A DNA stretch of 64,000 nucleotides from Glaucostegus cemiculus. Taxonomy: Eukaryota. Of this stretch, positions 37,501 to 51,115 are shown in pieces. The notes below the pieces were generated by a model. That model did not search any database, was not told where the DNA came from, and was given only the letters and a program-made list of their open reading frames with translations. Position 1 is the first letter of the stretch; each line of letters begins with the position of its first letter. A program made the translations under genes and the position numbers. The DNA lies in NCBI GenBank assembly GCA_976551045.1, contig CDPCPM010000575.1, positions 186,001-250,000 of the forward strand, read 5' to 3'.

Positions 37501-39489
37501 TTGCCACACTGGAAATGTGTTTTTATCGTGCTGTAACAGCACAGTCCTCACCCCAAACAGCAAAGGACAGCATAATACAACCACAGGCATCATTTTTCTG
37601 GTTTCAGTGAATTCATTTAAAAAGGAACTGTATAATATGCCAGAATTTTTAGGAACAGGGACAAATCATTAAACCTAACATAGCTTTTATCTGACTAAGT
37701 GGTCAAGAATGGGAGTGATTATGAGAACGAACATCATCATAGATGCCTGCAGCGCCAGATTCTGGTACCACAAGCATTTAAAATTACATTCAAAGCTCGG
37801 TAATGTGAAATATTGGAGTTTTACTAAATCATCCAGAGCGGCCAGGGAGAATTTCTCAATACCCTCTCTTTTTAAAAGCTTTACCTATAAAATGAAATGC
37901 CATAAAAGAGGTTTAGTGGGTCTTGAAATCATCTAATCTACTCTATTTGATAGCTCTGAATGTTTTTTTGACTATACAATCAATAAATTAGTAAATAAAA
38001 TTCATAAAGCTGAGTAATATCATCTCACAATACAGTCCTACTTAAAATATTCTCAGTCTGCAACAGTACAAGGGGAACAGAAGACAACATAACTTCCAAG
38101 ATTTCACAGATTACCAAGTAGACAAATATGGTGATTGAACAGCAAATGTTTAAATTGAGGTGGAGTTTAGAGAGCCAGCAGGGCATCTGAAACCTCCAGA
38201 AATTGTGTTACAGCTAACTATGTACTTGTTAAAAGTACTAATATAGCTGAGAGCATGCTCAGATTATTTGTTAATGATAATGATTGAGAGACAAACAGGA
38301 GTTTAACATGTCCAAATTACAGCACCTCCGACAGCAGTATTTCAGAATGGCATGGAAATATTAGCATGGAATGGACAATGAATCCAGGACTTAATAGTCA
38401 TGAGGAAGAGTGCTACCACTTAACTAAACAAGTTAACAGACGAAACAAACCACAGGCATTTTCCTTACAAAATATTGCGTGCATTTTTAAAATTTATTCA
38501 GTTAAAACAGTGAAAAACATCACTACATTAGTTTCAAGCCTCACCATAAAAAAATTGTTTACATGGTTTAACAGCATCCATTTTGCTTTTGATGGTCCAA
38601 ATTTAGTATCCAATTTAGTTGCCTCCCTTGTTTACCAGGAGTTTAAATTTAAATTTAAATACGTCCATCCAAAGGTCATTCAGATTTAACATATACCACA
38701 GTGATTTTCTGTGAACTGAAATTATAACACCCTGGCTTTCTTAAAAGAAACAGCAAATTTCAGCTGCTTAAAACTCAACAAAGTTAGTGTGATGAACTTT
38801 TCTTTTGCATTATCTTTGGGTAAGGACCAGCAGTTAACTATGCCAAGAGAACTTGTGACAAATAAAAAATGCATAGAGAGAAACCACAAACCTTTTCACT
38901 GCAGTCAGTCATCTTTGCCCAACTTACCCCCGCCCCCGCTCCCCCGCCCCCCCCACACACACACACACAGCTTAGAGCATCTATTTTGCACAATGTGGAC
39001 AACATGGCAACTGGAGTTAGAATATGTTCTTAATGGGCTCTATGGATTTCATAATTCAGGGAAGGTTATTGTGCATATTAGCAGTTTACTTTAAATAAAA
39101 ACAGAATCCAGTTTGTTGGTGGAGGCAAGTTATAATATCCGAACATTGCATTTGGCAGTCCAAGCACATAAATGAGGGCTCTAATTATCACTATAAGGAA
39201 AATTCTTATATAACGCAGCTTCCGAAAAAGAGGTAATTTTACATATTGTGGATGCCGTTTCCTTTGATTACCCTGAATTAAACTTGGATCAATCAAATCT
39301 ATTAGTTAATCATTTACTTTTTCATTCAAAACAGACAAGTTTTATGCACTCAAGGAATTTAATCATCAGATGAGGATCACTTTGGAGAGATGAGGGTGAG
39401 GCGAGGATGACAGGAAGCAGCTGCCCATTGCTGAGGTGAGTTCAAGGATGTGTACTTTAGGTGTTCAATCTAAACAAAGAAAACAATGA

Positions 39490-40960
39490 AGGTGTGGGGG
39501 AATGATGCAGGATGGTGGGGATAGCTGAGGAAACTCCATTAAAGGGTATGAGAATGGATAGGCAATGGCAAGTATTTAAAGAAATAATGCCTAATATGCA
39601 AGAACTATACATTCCCTTAAGGTACAATGGGAAACACGGTCAAATTATGGATTGCAGCAGATATAGTATTAAATCAAAGGAAAAAAGTTTAAAGAAGCCC
39701 AAGGATGGGAAGCATTTTAGAATTCACAGAAGGTACCTATCTAGAACCAAAAACAGATTGAGAGCTAGCAAAGGCAAATGTGGGTGCCCTTCATATGGAG
39801 GTAGGAGAATTTATAATAGGGAATAAAGAAGTGGCAGAGGAATTAAATAAGTAGTGTTTGTCTTCACAGAACACACAAAAACTTCCCAGAAAGGTCAAGT
39901 GCAAATGAAAAAAGATAAAATAAATCAGTAATAACTTGAAAAATCCAGAGGATCCAATGATATACATCCAGAATTTTGAAAGAGGTGGATGTACAGATTG
40001 TGAATCATTCAAAATCCTATAGATTCTGGAATGGCTCCTGTGGATGTGAGTGTAGCAAATGTGATTCCACTGTTTAAGAAAGGAGGGTGAGAGAAAACAG
40101 GGAACTACTGACCTGCTAGTCTAACATCAATAGATATTAGATAGATATTTATTTATTAGTCACATGTACATCAAAACACACCTGAAATGTGTCTTTCTGT
40201 GTTACTTAGAATGTGCTGGGGGCAGCCCGCAAGTGTCGCCATGCTTCCGGCGCCAACAATAGCATCCCACAGCTCCAAACCTGTACATCTTTGAAATGTG
40301 GGAGGAAACTGGAGCACCCGGAGGAAACCCATGCAGACACAGGGAGAATGTACAAACTCCTTACAGACAGCAGTGGAGTTGAACCCGGGTTGCTGGCTCT
40401 GAATAGCATTACGCTAACTGCTTCACTACCATGCCTGGAATCTATAATAAAGGATATGATATCAAGGCAATTAGGAAAGAAAAATGATTGAGCAGAGTCA
40501 ACTTTGTTTTAAGAAAGGGAAATTATATTTGACTAATCTATTGAACTTTGAGGATAAATCTAGGAGAATAGTTGAGGGGGAACCAGTGCATGTGATGCAT
40601 TTAGATTTTCAGAAGGCTTTCAAATGATCCTACACAGATTAGTGAACAAGTTTAGAGCACATGGAATTGGAGGTAATATACGTCTGGATTGAGAATTGGT
40701 TAATCAATGGAATTTGGCTGGGGGAACCAAATATAACATTTCTACATTGACACAAAATTAAATGTGACTACTGATGAGGATGCAAAGCAGCTCCCAGAGG
40801 ACATAGACAAACTAAGGCAAAGGGCAACAAACTGGCAAATAAAGTACAGATATATAAGTGTGAGGTTATCCAGTCTGGTTGAAAAAAAAGTGAGAGATTG
40901 GAAAATATTGAAGTTGATGAAATTTTGATGAAAACATTTCCTGGAACAGTGACTACCAGA
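39490..40960 (+). mobile_element. CR1 LINE ORF2 (RT) fragments interrupted by a SINE
   Basis: gcaaatgtgattccactgtttaagaaaggaggg...gggaactactgacctgctagtctaacatca (ANV.PLFKKG...GNY-like) and ttagattttcagaaggctttc (LDFQKAF). Confidence 0.85.
40130..40435 (-). mobile_element. V-domain tRNA-derived SINE
   Basis: Reverse complement of the element at 42019; tgtgggaggaaactggagcacccggaggaaaccca is the V-domain; B box gggttcaactcc. Confidence 0.9.
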
Positions 40961-42018
40961 TTGTAAAGTACTTTGGAATATCCCACATTTGTGAAAGGCA
41001 TTCCATGTGGAAATCTTTCATTTTCATATTGAGCAGAATTCACTGAGTTACCATTGTACTATCTGCACCTAGGGTTGGTACTGAGTTCCAAGATTCAGGG
41101 GAGCAGAGCATGGGGAGAAAAAAAATACTAAGCTCTATGCCCTGATCAACCTGTTGCACTTCAGCCTGGATTTTTTTGTTGGTATGCAAATGCTTGCTCA
41201 TCATTCCTGCTGATGGCTTCCTAGTAGTTTTCCGGTATGGCTTGTTTTGGCAAAAGATCAGTTGCCAATAGGGGCTTTGTTCTCCGTCTGCAGAACTCCG
41301 TACGATGTCTTGGCAAGCCCATCCACTGAGAATTAAAATAGAGTTGATGACTTGTTGCATAGACCAACATGACAGTCACAAACAAACAAACAAAATGCAT
41401 GGTTAGTCAGACAGTTTTTGCTGATATAGGCTGCCAGGACAATCGAGAAAGCTCCCCTCTCTCAATTTGTATAGTACAGGTTGATCAGGTTCTATGCTCA
41501 CCCAAATGATGAGACTCCTTGGTCTGCCACGTTGGCCATCATGTATCTATTTCCATTTTTCAGCACATGGCCCATGGCTTTTCATGCCACGTAGAACTCC
41601 ATCAGTAACATCCTCAGCATCAACCTCTACTAAGACCCAATGTAATAAATGCAATCTCAGCAGCAGGATCACAAGTATATATGAAGTGAAGCTGTATAGA
41701 ATGGCTTGACCAAAAATAAGCACATCTGTAAGCTATTTTCTTGAAAGTCCAGAAGGTTTGAATGAGTTATCTTCATGTCCCAGTGAATTTTATTTCATAC
41801 CTGCACTGTGAACTAGCAAGATCCCATTAAATATTTCCACTGTAATTTCATTGGTCTCCATGTAGGATGGTTAAACTGTTGTGTTAAGAAAAGTCATATC
41901 ATATCATGTCTAATCATTCGTTTGAGCTAGCAGAAAATTGGCAGTCTATATAATAATTAATTTTTGTTTGAGAAACAACGATTAGTTTGCCGCTCTCCCC
42001 GGCAGCTCCTTTTTTTAT

Positions 42019-42315
42019 GGGCAGGAACGGTAGTGTAGCGATTAGAGTAACGCTTTACAGCACCAGTGACCCGGGTTCAATTCCCGCCGCTGTCTGTAAG
42101 GAGTTTGTACGTTCTCCCCATGTCTGTGTGGGATTCCTTGGGTGCTCTGGTTTCCTCCCACCTTCCAAAGAAGTACAGGTTAGGAAGTTGTGGGCATGCT
42201 ATGTTGGCGCCAGAAGCGTGGCAACACTTGCGGGCTGCCCCCAGAACACTCTAAGCAAAAAGATGCATTTCACGGTGTGTTTCGATGTACATGTGACTAA
42301 TAAAGATCTTATCTT
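42019..42315 (+). mobile_element. V-domain tRNA-derived SINE, full length
   Basis: A-box-like ggtagtgtagcgattag, B box GGTTCAATTCC (42074-42084), V-domain gtttgtacgttctcccc...ggtttcctccca, tail gtacatgtgactaataaagatcttatctt. Confidence 0.9.
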
Positions 42316-43659
42316 CTCCTTCATATATGGTGTATGATATGACATGTATAGTATAAGCACCTTCTTTTGCTTTGCACATCCATTCACAGTCAGTCCTCAT
42401 TACCTGCTGATTTGCTATCTGTAGATCCACATACTCATGACGTTGGCCCCAGACATCACCTCAAATTTTTTTCTATAGATATGTACACATTGAGAAACCA
42501 ATCATTATGTAAATACAGCGCTAAGTTTCCAGATCACTTGTGTCAAGTGGCTCCCTGCTGTGTGCTGTTCTAATGGAGAGTGTCTTTGTTTACACAGTTG
42601 TATCTTGTGATCTCAAGACTGATCACTGCTTGTATAGGTTTCAATGGAATTAGTTTGTTAGCTAATATCATTTCCTTTTTACCTATTTAAATATTTTAAT
42701 TTGTTTATTAATATATGTTAATGCTTTTAAAGTAGTATAGAGCAGATTTATGTTTTGGGATATATTAGGTACAATAAAGAGGGTCATAGTTATATCTACA
42801 TGTTTTGTTATCTGCAGGAAGCGTGTGCCCTATCCCTCATGACTTAGTGCACTGCATATCAACATTTTCTTAATATCCCAGGAAAAAGTCATTGGAACTG
42901 CACTGATTTTGATTAACCCTACAAAGTCAGTCAATCAAATAGAAATTGAATGTCACACAAAGCAAATTTGTGCTTTATAGTCTGCAGCTCTCAGGGAAAC
43001 TACAGCAAGCTCTATGTTAAGTCTAGTTTAAAACTAAGGTTTTACAATTTTACTGAGGTCATGAACACTTTACAGAACAATCCTAATACTCTAACTCCCT
43101 CTTGGAAACCTCACATTCATTCAGAAACAATGAACATAGAGGCTATGGTGGTTTTAGTGAAGGGATCTGCTTAATATAAGGCAGCAAAACTTACTTTTAT
43201 TTAACTCCAGAGCATCAGTCTCAGGACAGTTTATTTAGGGTTATTCTGGTGAAATGGGGACTGGACGTTCAATGTTCTATTTGGCTAAAGAAGGAACCAA
43301 GGCATTGGTTACAGTAAAATTACTATTTAGGAAAAAGGTACAAAGCTAACCAAATGGAAACAAATGAGTCCCTTCCTAGGTATTCAATTTCAAATAAATA
43401 TTACAGATATATCATTAGATTTCACCTTCAAATATATCCAGGCATGAGAAGAGCAGCCACCAGCCGACCTCACTAACTCAGTGAGCGAACGAGTCTGCTC
43501 AGCGCTCCTAGCTCTGCTCAGCTCCACCCAGCCCCTGATCAATGCAGCTCTGGAGAGAAGACATGTGGAAATGCCCCATTCCCACCCAGCAGAAGATGCT
43601 TTCAGCCACACAGCAATGGGCAAATCCATCCTCATCCACCTGGCTGGTCTCCAAAATGC

Positions 43660-43700
43660 TGTACATGGGTCGGGCATTCGTAACCTGGGGAGGACCTGTG
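43660..43700 (-). mobile_element. Possible Tc1/mariner (Tigger-like) terminal inverted repeat remnant
   Basis: Minus strand caggtcctccccaggttacgaatgcccgac resembles Tigger-type TIRs; partner TIR not found. Confidence 0.35.
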
Positions 43701-44837
43701 TGTGTTTACCTGACAATCTACAAGTACGTAAGGTTTATAAAAACTGTACAGTATTCTAAGAAGTGGAAAAAATTTGAACCTCCCTATGATCAATGCAAAA
43801 GAGAACATAAGGGGGGGGGGGCAAACAAAGGAATTTAAATTTGAGCTCTTCTGGAGGGGCTTATCCATTGCATCTTTAACATACTTAAAAGATGTTCATG
43901 TACCTGCTGGCCAACAAATCTTCCCCCTCTCCCGGCTCACAGCCGGATGTTAAGGTTAATTTATGTGCCTTTATACCCAAACTGCTCAGCCTCATCCTAA
44001 GATACTCTGCAGCAGAGCCTCAAATTCCAGAAAATTCTGTCAACACACAACTGTAGGTAGATTTTGTAAAGAACTTTGTTTGGCTAAATGATCAAAAGAA
44101 AGAAAGTGACAACTGTTTCTGTAGGAGTGCCAGAGTTTAGTTCCAAGTGGACAAGCTTGCCTGGCCAACAGCCACGTTAATAATGGGCCTTCCTGCTTTT
44201 GCTTCCTTTTCCCCAATGTACCCGCCAAACTGTGAACTCTGGCAGGGTTTCAGCTCACTACTTATCAATATAATTCAGAAAACTGATGACAAACCAGAAC
44301 AGATTAAACTCTTGCTGACCAGAGGCCAATACTCTCAGCCAGTCACTACAAGGAGCACATTCCTATTTATAGCCCTGCCACATTAAAACTAAAGCAAATC
44401 TTCCTCAAATTGTGTATTTGCATAATTAATTCAATTTAGGATTTCTATATGGCTTTTAATTAGAGCCAGCAAACTTATAGCAATGATTTAAACAACATTA
44501 AATTTTATTTTAGTGGTGGTGAAAACAACCTAGAAATTAAATTAGATAGTATTTGAATGAATTTAAAAGATCAAGATTTTCTTTGCAATTGTGTTAAAAT
44601 CAGGACTAAGTATCTTCCAGAACTTCCAGCACAATATCTCTATTCAGTCTTTCAAGGAATGGGTCATTTGGTTTAGGTGTCTTAAGGAAAAGTCAAAACC
44701 TTATTCTACACAGTACCTTTTAATGAATTTTTGAGGAAATGTCTTCTACTTCAATGCAGCAACAGACTTCCCAAGGACTGAACATTAGTGATTACTTGTT
44801 AACTTAAAGTTTGAGATAAACAAGTTGAACATCAGAG

Positions 44838-46128
44838 AAGACAAAAGAGACTGCTGATGCTGGAACCTGGAACAAAAACAGAATGCTGAGAGAATTCAGT
44901 GGGTCAAGCAGCATCTGTGGAGGCAAAAGCTGATATTTCAGGCTGAGCACCTGCATCAGGACTGTAGGGGTAAAGGAACGACTGCAAGTGTATAGGAGGA
45001 GTATGTAGGAGGGTGGGATAGCAGCTGGTAGGTGATGTGTGTAACCAGATGGAGAAGGAATGATGGGCAGATGGAGGGAGGGAAGGTGGGGAAGGGGAAT
45101 GGGAGGGATGAATGAAGGGAAAAAAAAAGAACTGTGGACAGGGGAGTGTGTGTGGGAGAAGAACACTGGTGTTCTGCGTTATCTGAAATTTAAAAAAAAA
45201 TTCAATATTCATATCATTAGATTGTAACGATGGAATGTGAAATGTTGTTCTTCCAATTTGTGACTGACCTCCCCGTAGCAATGGAAAAGGCCAAGGATGC
45301 ACAGGTCACTCTGGGAGTGTGAGGGAGAGTTAAGATGACATTCAACCAGAAGCTCGAGATGGCATTGCAGACAGAGCGCAGGTGCTCTGCAAAATGGGAG
45401 CCCGAGTTATGGTTGGTTTGACCAGTGTAGAACAGGCCACATCACAGGCAGTTAGTACAATAGACCAGGTTGAAAGAACCGCAGGTGAACCCCTGCCTCA
45501 CCTGGAAGGGCTGACTAGGTCCCTGGATGATGGTGGGTGGTGAGGGGGTAGGTGAAAGGACAAGTGTTACACCTTCTTCAGTTGCAGAAGACAGTACCAG
45601 GGCACAGACAGCAGTGGGTGGAGAGGGATGAGCTGACCAGAACAGTCCTTGTGAAAAGCATAAAGGGGGCAGAGGGGATGAAATGACTGGTGGAGGAACC
45701 ATGTTGGAGCTGGTAGAACGGGCGAAGGATGACATGGTGGATGAGGAGGCTGGTGGGGCGAAAGGTGAGGACCAAGGGAACTTTATTGCTGTTCTGCCTG
45801 GGGAGAGGGTGGGTCAGAGCAAACATGCAAGAAATGGAGGAAATACATATGAGGGCTCCATCAACTGTGAGAGAGGGGATGCCACGCTTCCAGAAGAAGG
45901 ACATTTCGGGAGCTCTAGAGCAGAAGATCTCATCTTGAGAACAGATGTGGAGAAGACAGAGAACAAGGGATGGCATCCTTACAGGAGAGAGGGTGGGGGG
46001 ACGTTTAAGCGGGTGGCCGGGGGGCATGTTGTGGGTAGGTGTAAGGGTAGCTGTGGTGGTAGGAGTAGTCAGGTGGCTGTGTGCAGAAGTGTAGTTGGGG
46101 TAGCTATGAGAGTCGTGGGTTTATAGAA
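44838..46128 (-). mobile_element. Penelope-like element: RT C-terminus, GIY-YIG region and terminus (decayed)
   Basis: ICSQDEIF...KVPLVLTFRPTSL and QPFQVRQGFTCGSFNLVYC (start of GIY-YIG), followed by a pyrimidine-rich UTR and the terminus. Confidence 0.88.
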
Positions 46129-46959
46129 GAGTTGAACAAGAGTTGAATGTTCATGTATTTACCAGACCCACTGAGTAGCCCTATCGGAATTCTTTTCAAC
46201 AAAACATCAAATCTTTCTGTGGATAAAGATGGCTTCAATTTTCAACAGGAATTTGACAAGGTTCCACATTAAGTTTGAAATGACACCATGTTTTTAAGAT
46301 TCAATGGAAAATCAGTTGGCTGAATTAAAAACCACTTTGAAGCAGAAATCAGGATTTGTTTCACTAAGTGATTGCAAGGAAACTGTCTCAACTCAATAAC
46401 TAACCCTGCTCTACTGGTATGTCCTCCAAGGAGCCTTCTGCTTTCCAAAAGCTTTTAAGATGATTAGACCAGATAGTGTTAATATATTTAATTTTGCTAC
46501 ATGAGTACAAAATAAAAATGCTGTGATATGCATATCTGCCAGTATCCGTAAAGAGACAATTCACGTTACGGGTTCGAGATTCCTTGAGATACTACTTAAC
46601 TTAACTTGTCCTCTTAAACATCACTATAATAAAACATGGAGGTTTAAACCAATCCTACAAGTTTTCTGGTTATTTTGGGGGATAGTAAAATGCAACTAAC
46701 AATTTACTACAACTTTCGTAATTTTGTGATAACTTTATAGTACTGAGGTTTTTCTACAGTGTTAATACTAGAAATGCAATGCATTTGGGATTTCAGCTTC
46801 TGAAAATATTAATTTCTTAAGATTACTTTCACATTGAAGCTTGTTAACGGATTAGTAACAGTATCTGATCTGTCTTTTTTTGCAATATAGCAATAATTAA
46901 TAGAGACAGCTTTCTATAGCAAATGAAAACACAACAATTACAACGGTCACTGTGGGGGT

Positions 46960-47770
46960 ATATTATGAAACTACTGAGCTGCAGTGTGGGAACAGTGCTT
47001 GTATTTGCACAGCTCGGAGACCAAGCTCCAAGCAATTGTCAACACATTCACAAGAGTGTTTGAGAAGATGGGCCTTACACCCAATATTGCCAAGATAAAG
47101 ATCTTCAACCAACCTGCCTCCACTGCATTGCACTTTCATCCAACGATAAAAGTTCACGACTCTGGAAAACATGGACCACCTCCCACATCTTGGGAACCAC
47201 CTCTCGGCAAAGGCAGAAATTGATGATAAAATTCATGCAGCCTTCCTATATGCTCTGATACCTGGACCGTTAATAGCAGGCACCTCAGAGTACTGGAAAA
47301 ATTATATCAGATCTATCTGAGCAAAGCCCTCTAAGCTCACTGGAGGAGTAAATGGTTCATGATTCTCCCAAGCCAACATTCCCCAGTATTGAAAACTTTG
47401 TTGCACATAGCTCACACGTGCAGGTTCCTGAAATATTCCAAACTTGGGAAGAGACCATTAGAAGGAAAGATTCAAGGATATGCTCAAAGTCTCCTTGAAG
47501 GAAGGCAACATCTCCACCAACTCCTGGAGATCTCTGGCCCATTCTGTAAGTAGAGGAGCTGGGTGGAATTGAGAACTTTGAGTCCATACAATGGGATACA
47601 CAGAGACTCTGTGCATGAGGTGGGATGAGTGCATCACCCTCAAACTATTCATACACCTGCTCGTCAGGCACCTCCTGACCCTGTCAGCAGTTCTCACACT
47701 GGCTTCATTAGATACCTCATAACCCACAAAATAAGAGAGGAAGCAATAACAAGAGAATGTCTAAGAGGAA
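46960..47770 (+). mobile_element. RTE-clade LINE fragment
   Basis: HSSETKLQAIVNTFTRVFEKMGLTPNIAKIKIFNQP is the post-catalytic RT segment typical of RTE elements. Confidence 0.75.
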
Positions 47771-48689
47771 GATAGTAAGAAATTAATCGTTATTATTGAC
47801 TTCATGTTTAAAGTATTATATTGCTATGCATTGTAGCTGCACATAAAACACAGAAACTTCATCTGTAACGCTGTTCTAGCTGAATGTCCAGATGTGAAGA
47901 TGAGACAGATAAAGGTGGTTGTAATCTCTGTGATTTATGTTGAAGTTAAATGGTGAAAAGTTTTCCAATGGAAATACCTTTGAGTTCAGCTGTCCAAAAA
48001 GACACAAACGTGCCTTCAAATATGATGGACAATTTTCTAAATTCGTGAAGTCCATGTTCATTAGAGAAAACCTCTTTTAGTTTTGTTAAAGTCCAACAAA
48101 ATAATTTCAACTTGAACAATTGGTTTTGACACACATTTACATGTAACTCTATTTATGAATATTTCAGAAGGAATTCACCACACCCCACCACAAGAACTTT
48201 TTATTTAAAGATCAGAAAGGTGGTTTATTGATGTTTATGACTGCACATGAATACTTGCATTGTATCACCATTTTCTTTTGTGAGAACTCTGGTATACAGT
48301 TTAAAATCATTCGGAAAACCATGATGTTTTTGTAGTGTGATGAGTTAGAGGAGAACCCATGAAGCACTCAGCTCCAATTTATGTTAATTTAAGCTTATGT
48401 TAATTTACGTTTGTCATGTTTGTACTGTACTGCGCTGCTGCTGTGGAAATCTAATTTTCATGACATTTATACCCTGGGTGTGTATGCCCGTGAGAATAAA
48501 CTTGAACTTGTGAGAGAAGTTAAAGGAGCTGTTTAACTTGAGAATGGATTCAGTCAGGCAGGCAAAGAAAAAGGTTGTAGAATATCAAATGTTACCATTT
48601 TAATGAAAATTAAGATTTCAATAAGGAGCAAAGAGAAAATAGAAACACAAATATGAAAGGTTTGGAATAACGAGATACTATTTTGGTTA

Positions 48690-49328
48690 AAACACACCAA
48701 ACTGATGAAGGCATACGCGATGCTTGCCTTCATTAGCCAGGGAACAGAGAATAGGAGCAGGAAGGTCTTGGTGCAACTTTATAAAACATTGGTTTGGCCA
48801 CAGCTGGAATACTGTGTGCAGCTCTAGTCACCACAGTTTAGGAAGGACATGCTTGTACTGGAGAGGGTGCAGAGGAGATTTGCCATGATGTTGCCTGGGA
48901 TGGATTCTTTCAGTCATGAGGGAGACTAGATAGGCTGAGTTTGTTTATCATGGAGCAGAGGAGGCTGAGGGGGTCCTGATAGTGGTATACAAAATCATGA
49001 GGGGCATAGACAGAGTAAATATTAAGAATTTCTTTTCCCCATGATAGAGGTGGCTAAGACTAGAGGGAAAAGGTTTAAGGTAAGGAGTAGAAGGTTTAGC
49101 GATCTGAGAAGTAATTTTTTTTACCTAGAATGTGTTTGCAATCTGGAACAAACCGCCTGAGAAGGAAACAGGTATAGTTACAATGTTTAATAAGTATCTG
49201 GATGAGTATTTGAATCACCAAGGTATGGTAGGCTGCAGACCAAATGCAGGTAAATGGGATTAGTATAGATGGCCCGCATAGACATGGGAGGCTGAAGGCC
49301 TGTTTCTGTGTTGTAAGATTCTATAATT
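48690..49328 (+). mobile_element. CR1/HER1 LINE 3' end
   Basis: LYKTLVWPQLEYCVQL-like coding (tataaaacattggtttggccacagctggaatactgtgtgcag), ERVQRRF, tail gaaggcctgtttctgtgttgtaagattcta. Confidence 0.9.
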
Positions 49329-49429
49329 GCCTGGCTCCGCTTCATGTGGTAGATGACACCAGACTGCCAAAACTGGAAGGGTTCTCCTCTTTATTTCATT
49401 GGAAGCAGTACCAGGTATTATCCTTGACG

Positions 49430-49770
49430 CAATGGGAGCACTCTCATCCAAGAGTCAGAACGTTTGGGGTTGGAACCCTACTGCAGAGACTTGGGTATGT
49501 AATCCAGGATGACGGAGCGGGAGTATTGCACTTTTGAATGGAATGATGCCCTTCTGCTTCTGGAACACATCTCAGGGCTTTTTATGGAACCCTGCTTTGC
49601 ATTAATTGGCTGCTACCTTTCCTATATTGTATCATTCAAAAAAGAGTTGAATACATCAAATTCAAAACTACAAAAAGCAGTAATTGAAAATGTTTTGACG
49701 TTTTAACTAAAGTGAAGTGACTACGCTTCAGAATTACTTGGTTGAACGTAAAAAGGCTTTGGGAATTTAA
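49430..49770 (+). mobile_element. Deu-type SINE, head and decayed body
   Basis: agcactctcatccaagagtcagaacgtttggggttggaaccctactgcagagacttg is the forward form of the heads at 26140 and 32600. Confidence 0.55.
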
Positions 49771-50759
49771 AAGCCAGAAAGGAAACAAATAATTATATGT
49801 TTGCTCATTTTTTCTAATTTTGTACCTTTAGTACGATTTTTTGCTGTAGAAAATATGCAGACTATTCACTGAAGGATTAAACAAAGGTCTTGGAATAATT
49901 TACAGGATTTCATTTTGAGTTTTATGTCAATAACCAAGTTGAAACATCAAGGCACACTAGCCCTTTGATTCACTGCTATTTGTTTTGTGAGATGACAGTG
50001 AGTTTACTCTTCTCTGAAGGATACAAGATAGAAACAACTCCTGTGTTAGTGATAAACGCTGACAGATGTTACAGATACACAGTATATGTACTTGGAATAA
50101 ACACAGCTGAAGACCAGGATGAAGATGTTAGACTTACCATTAACAAGCATGCCAATTCAAGCTTACTAATGAGACCAGCACATTTTACATGGAATCATTT
50201 TGTAACTACTTCATTTTAAATTAATATCCAGTTGATCATTGGGTTTTTAAATATTTATTCAAACTTTAATGCCAACACATCAATTTGTATTCAGAATTAT
50301 TACATTGAAACTTTGATAATTCAGGGAACCTTGGTGGCTCTGGACTACTGGATGTTACTCTGAATAATATTCCAAAAAACTTATTTCAATTTTTTCACGT
50401 TACATTGTATAATAAATTTTCCAGTAAACATGGCAAGTTTAAAGGGGGCTGGAAATACACAGGCACTCCAGATCCCAGTTCCAGCAGCAAACTTATTCAC
50501 ATTATTGATTCCTGGTGTTCTGGACCCCACTCCAAGTCTCAGCCACACTTTGAACCCCTGGCTCTGGACACAGACACCACTTGTACTCCAAACTAATGAA
50601 TGAGTCAGATGCTGAACTATCAGGATTTCTTAACAATCAGAGGGCAGATTATTGCAGTTTTAATGTTTTGGGATAAACAGCAGATTTGAAACATGAACAT
50701 TATTCCTCCTGGCTCAGACAATTCTCGAAGACACCAGTGTGCCCTCAACAATGGCAGAA

Positions 50760-51115
50760 CATACAACATTGTTAAGAGTGCTCAACAGGGTAGGATGCTG
50801 GGAGAATACCTTCCTTAACTCAGAACTCTGGTACAAAATGTTACCACTGCAAAGGAAGGCATGGGTCATTTCAAACTGAAATGGAAAGAAATTTCTTCAT
50901 TCAAAGAGATGTCAGTCTTTGGAAATACTCTGTGCTGAAGAGCTGAGGACAGCCCAGTCATTTATTCCATTCAATTGAGATCAATAAATTTTGGGATATT
51001 AGAGGAATATGGGGATAGGAAAATGGTGTTAAGGTAGATCAGCCATGGTCTTTCTGAACAGCACAACAGGCTCAAGGGGATGAGCATCCTTCTTCTGCTC
51101 CTCCTTTATGTTTTT
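50760..51115 (+). mobile_element. CR1 LINE 3' fragment
   Basis: aaactgaaatggaaagaaatttcttcattcaaag...agatcagccatg...caggctcaaggggatgagcatccttcttctgctcct. Confidence 0.65.

Noticed and set aside
42019-42090. tRNA gene
   Set aside because: A and B boxes run straight into a V-domain and LINE-type tail, so it is a SINE head; no full cloverleaf
45683-46126. 147-aa plus-strand ORF
   Set aside because: Antisense shadow of the Penelope coding region
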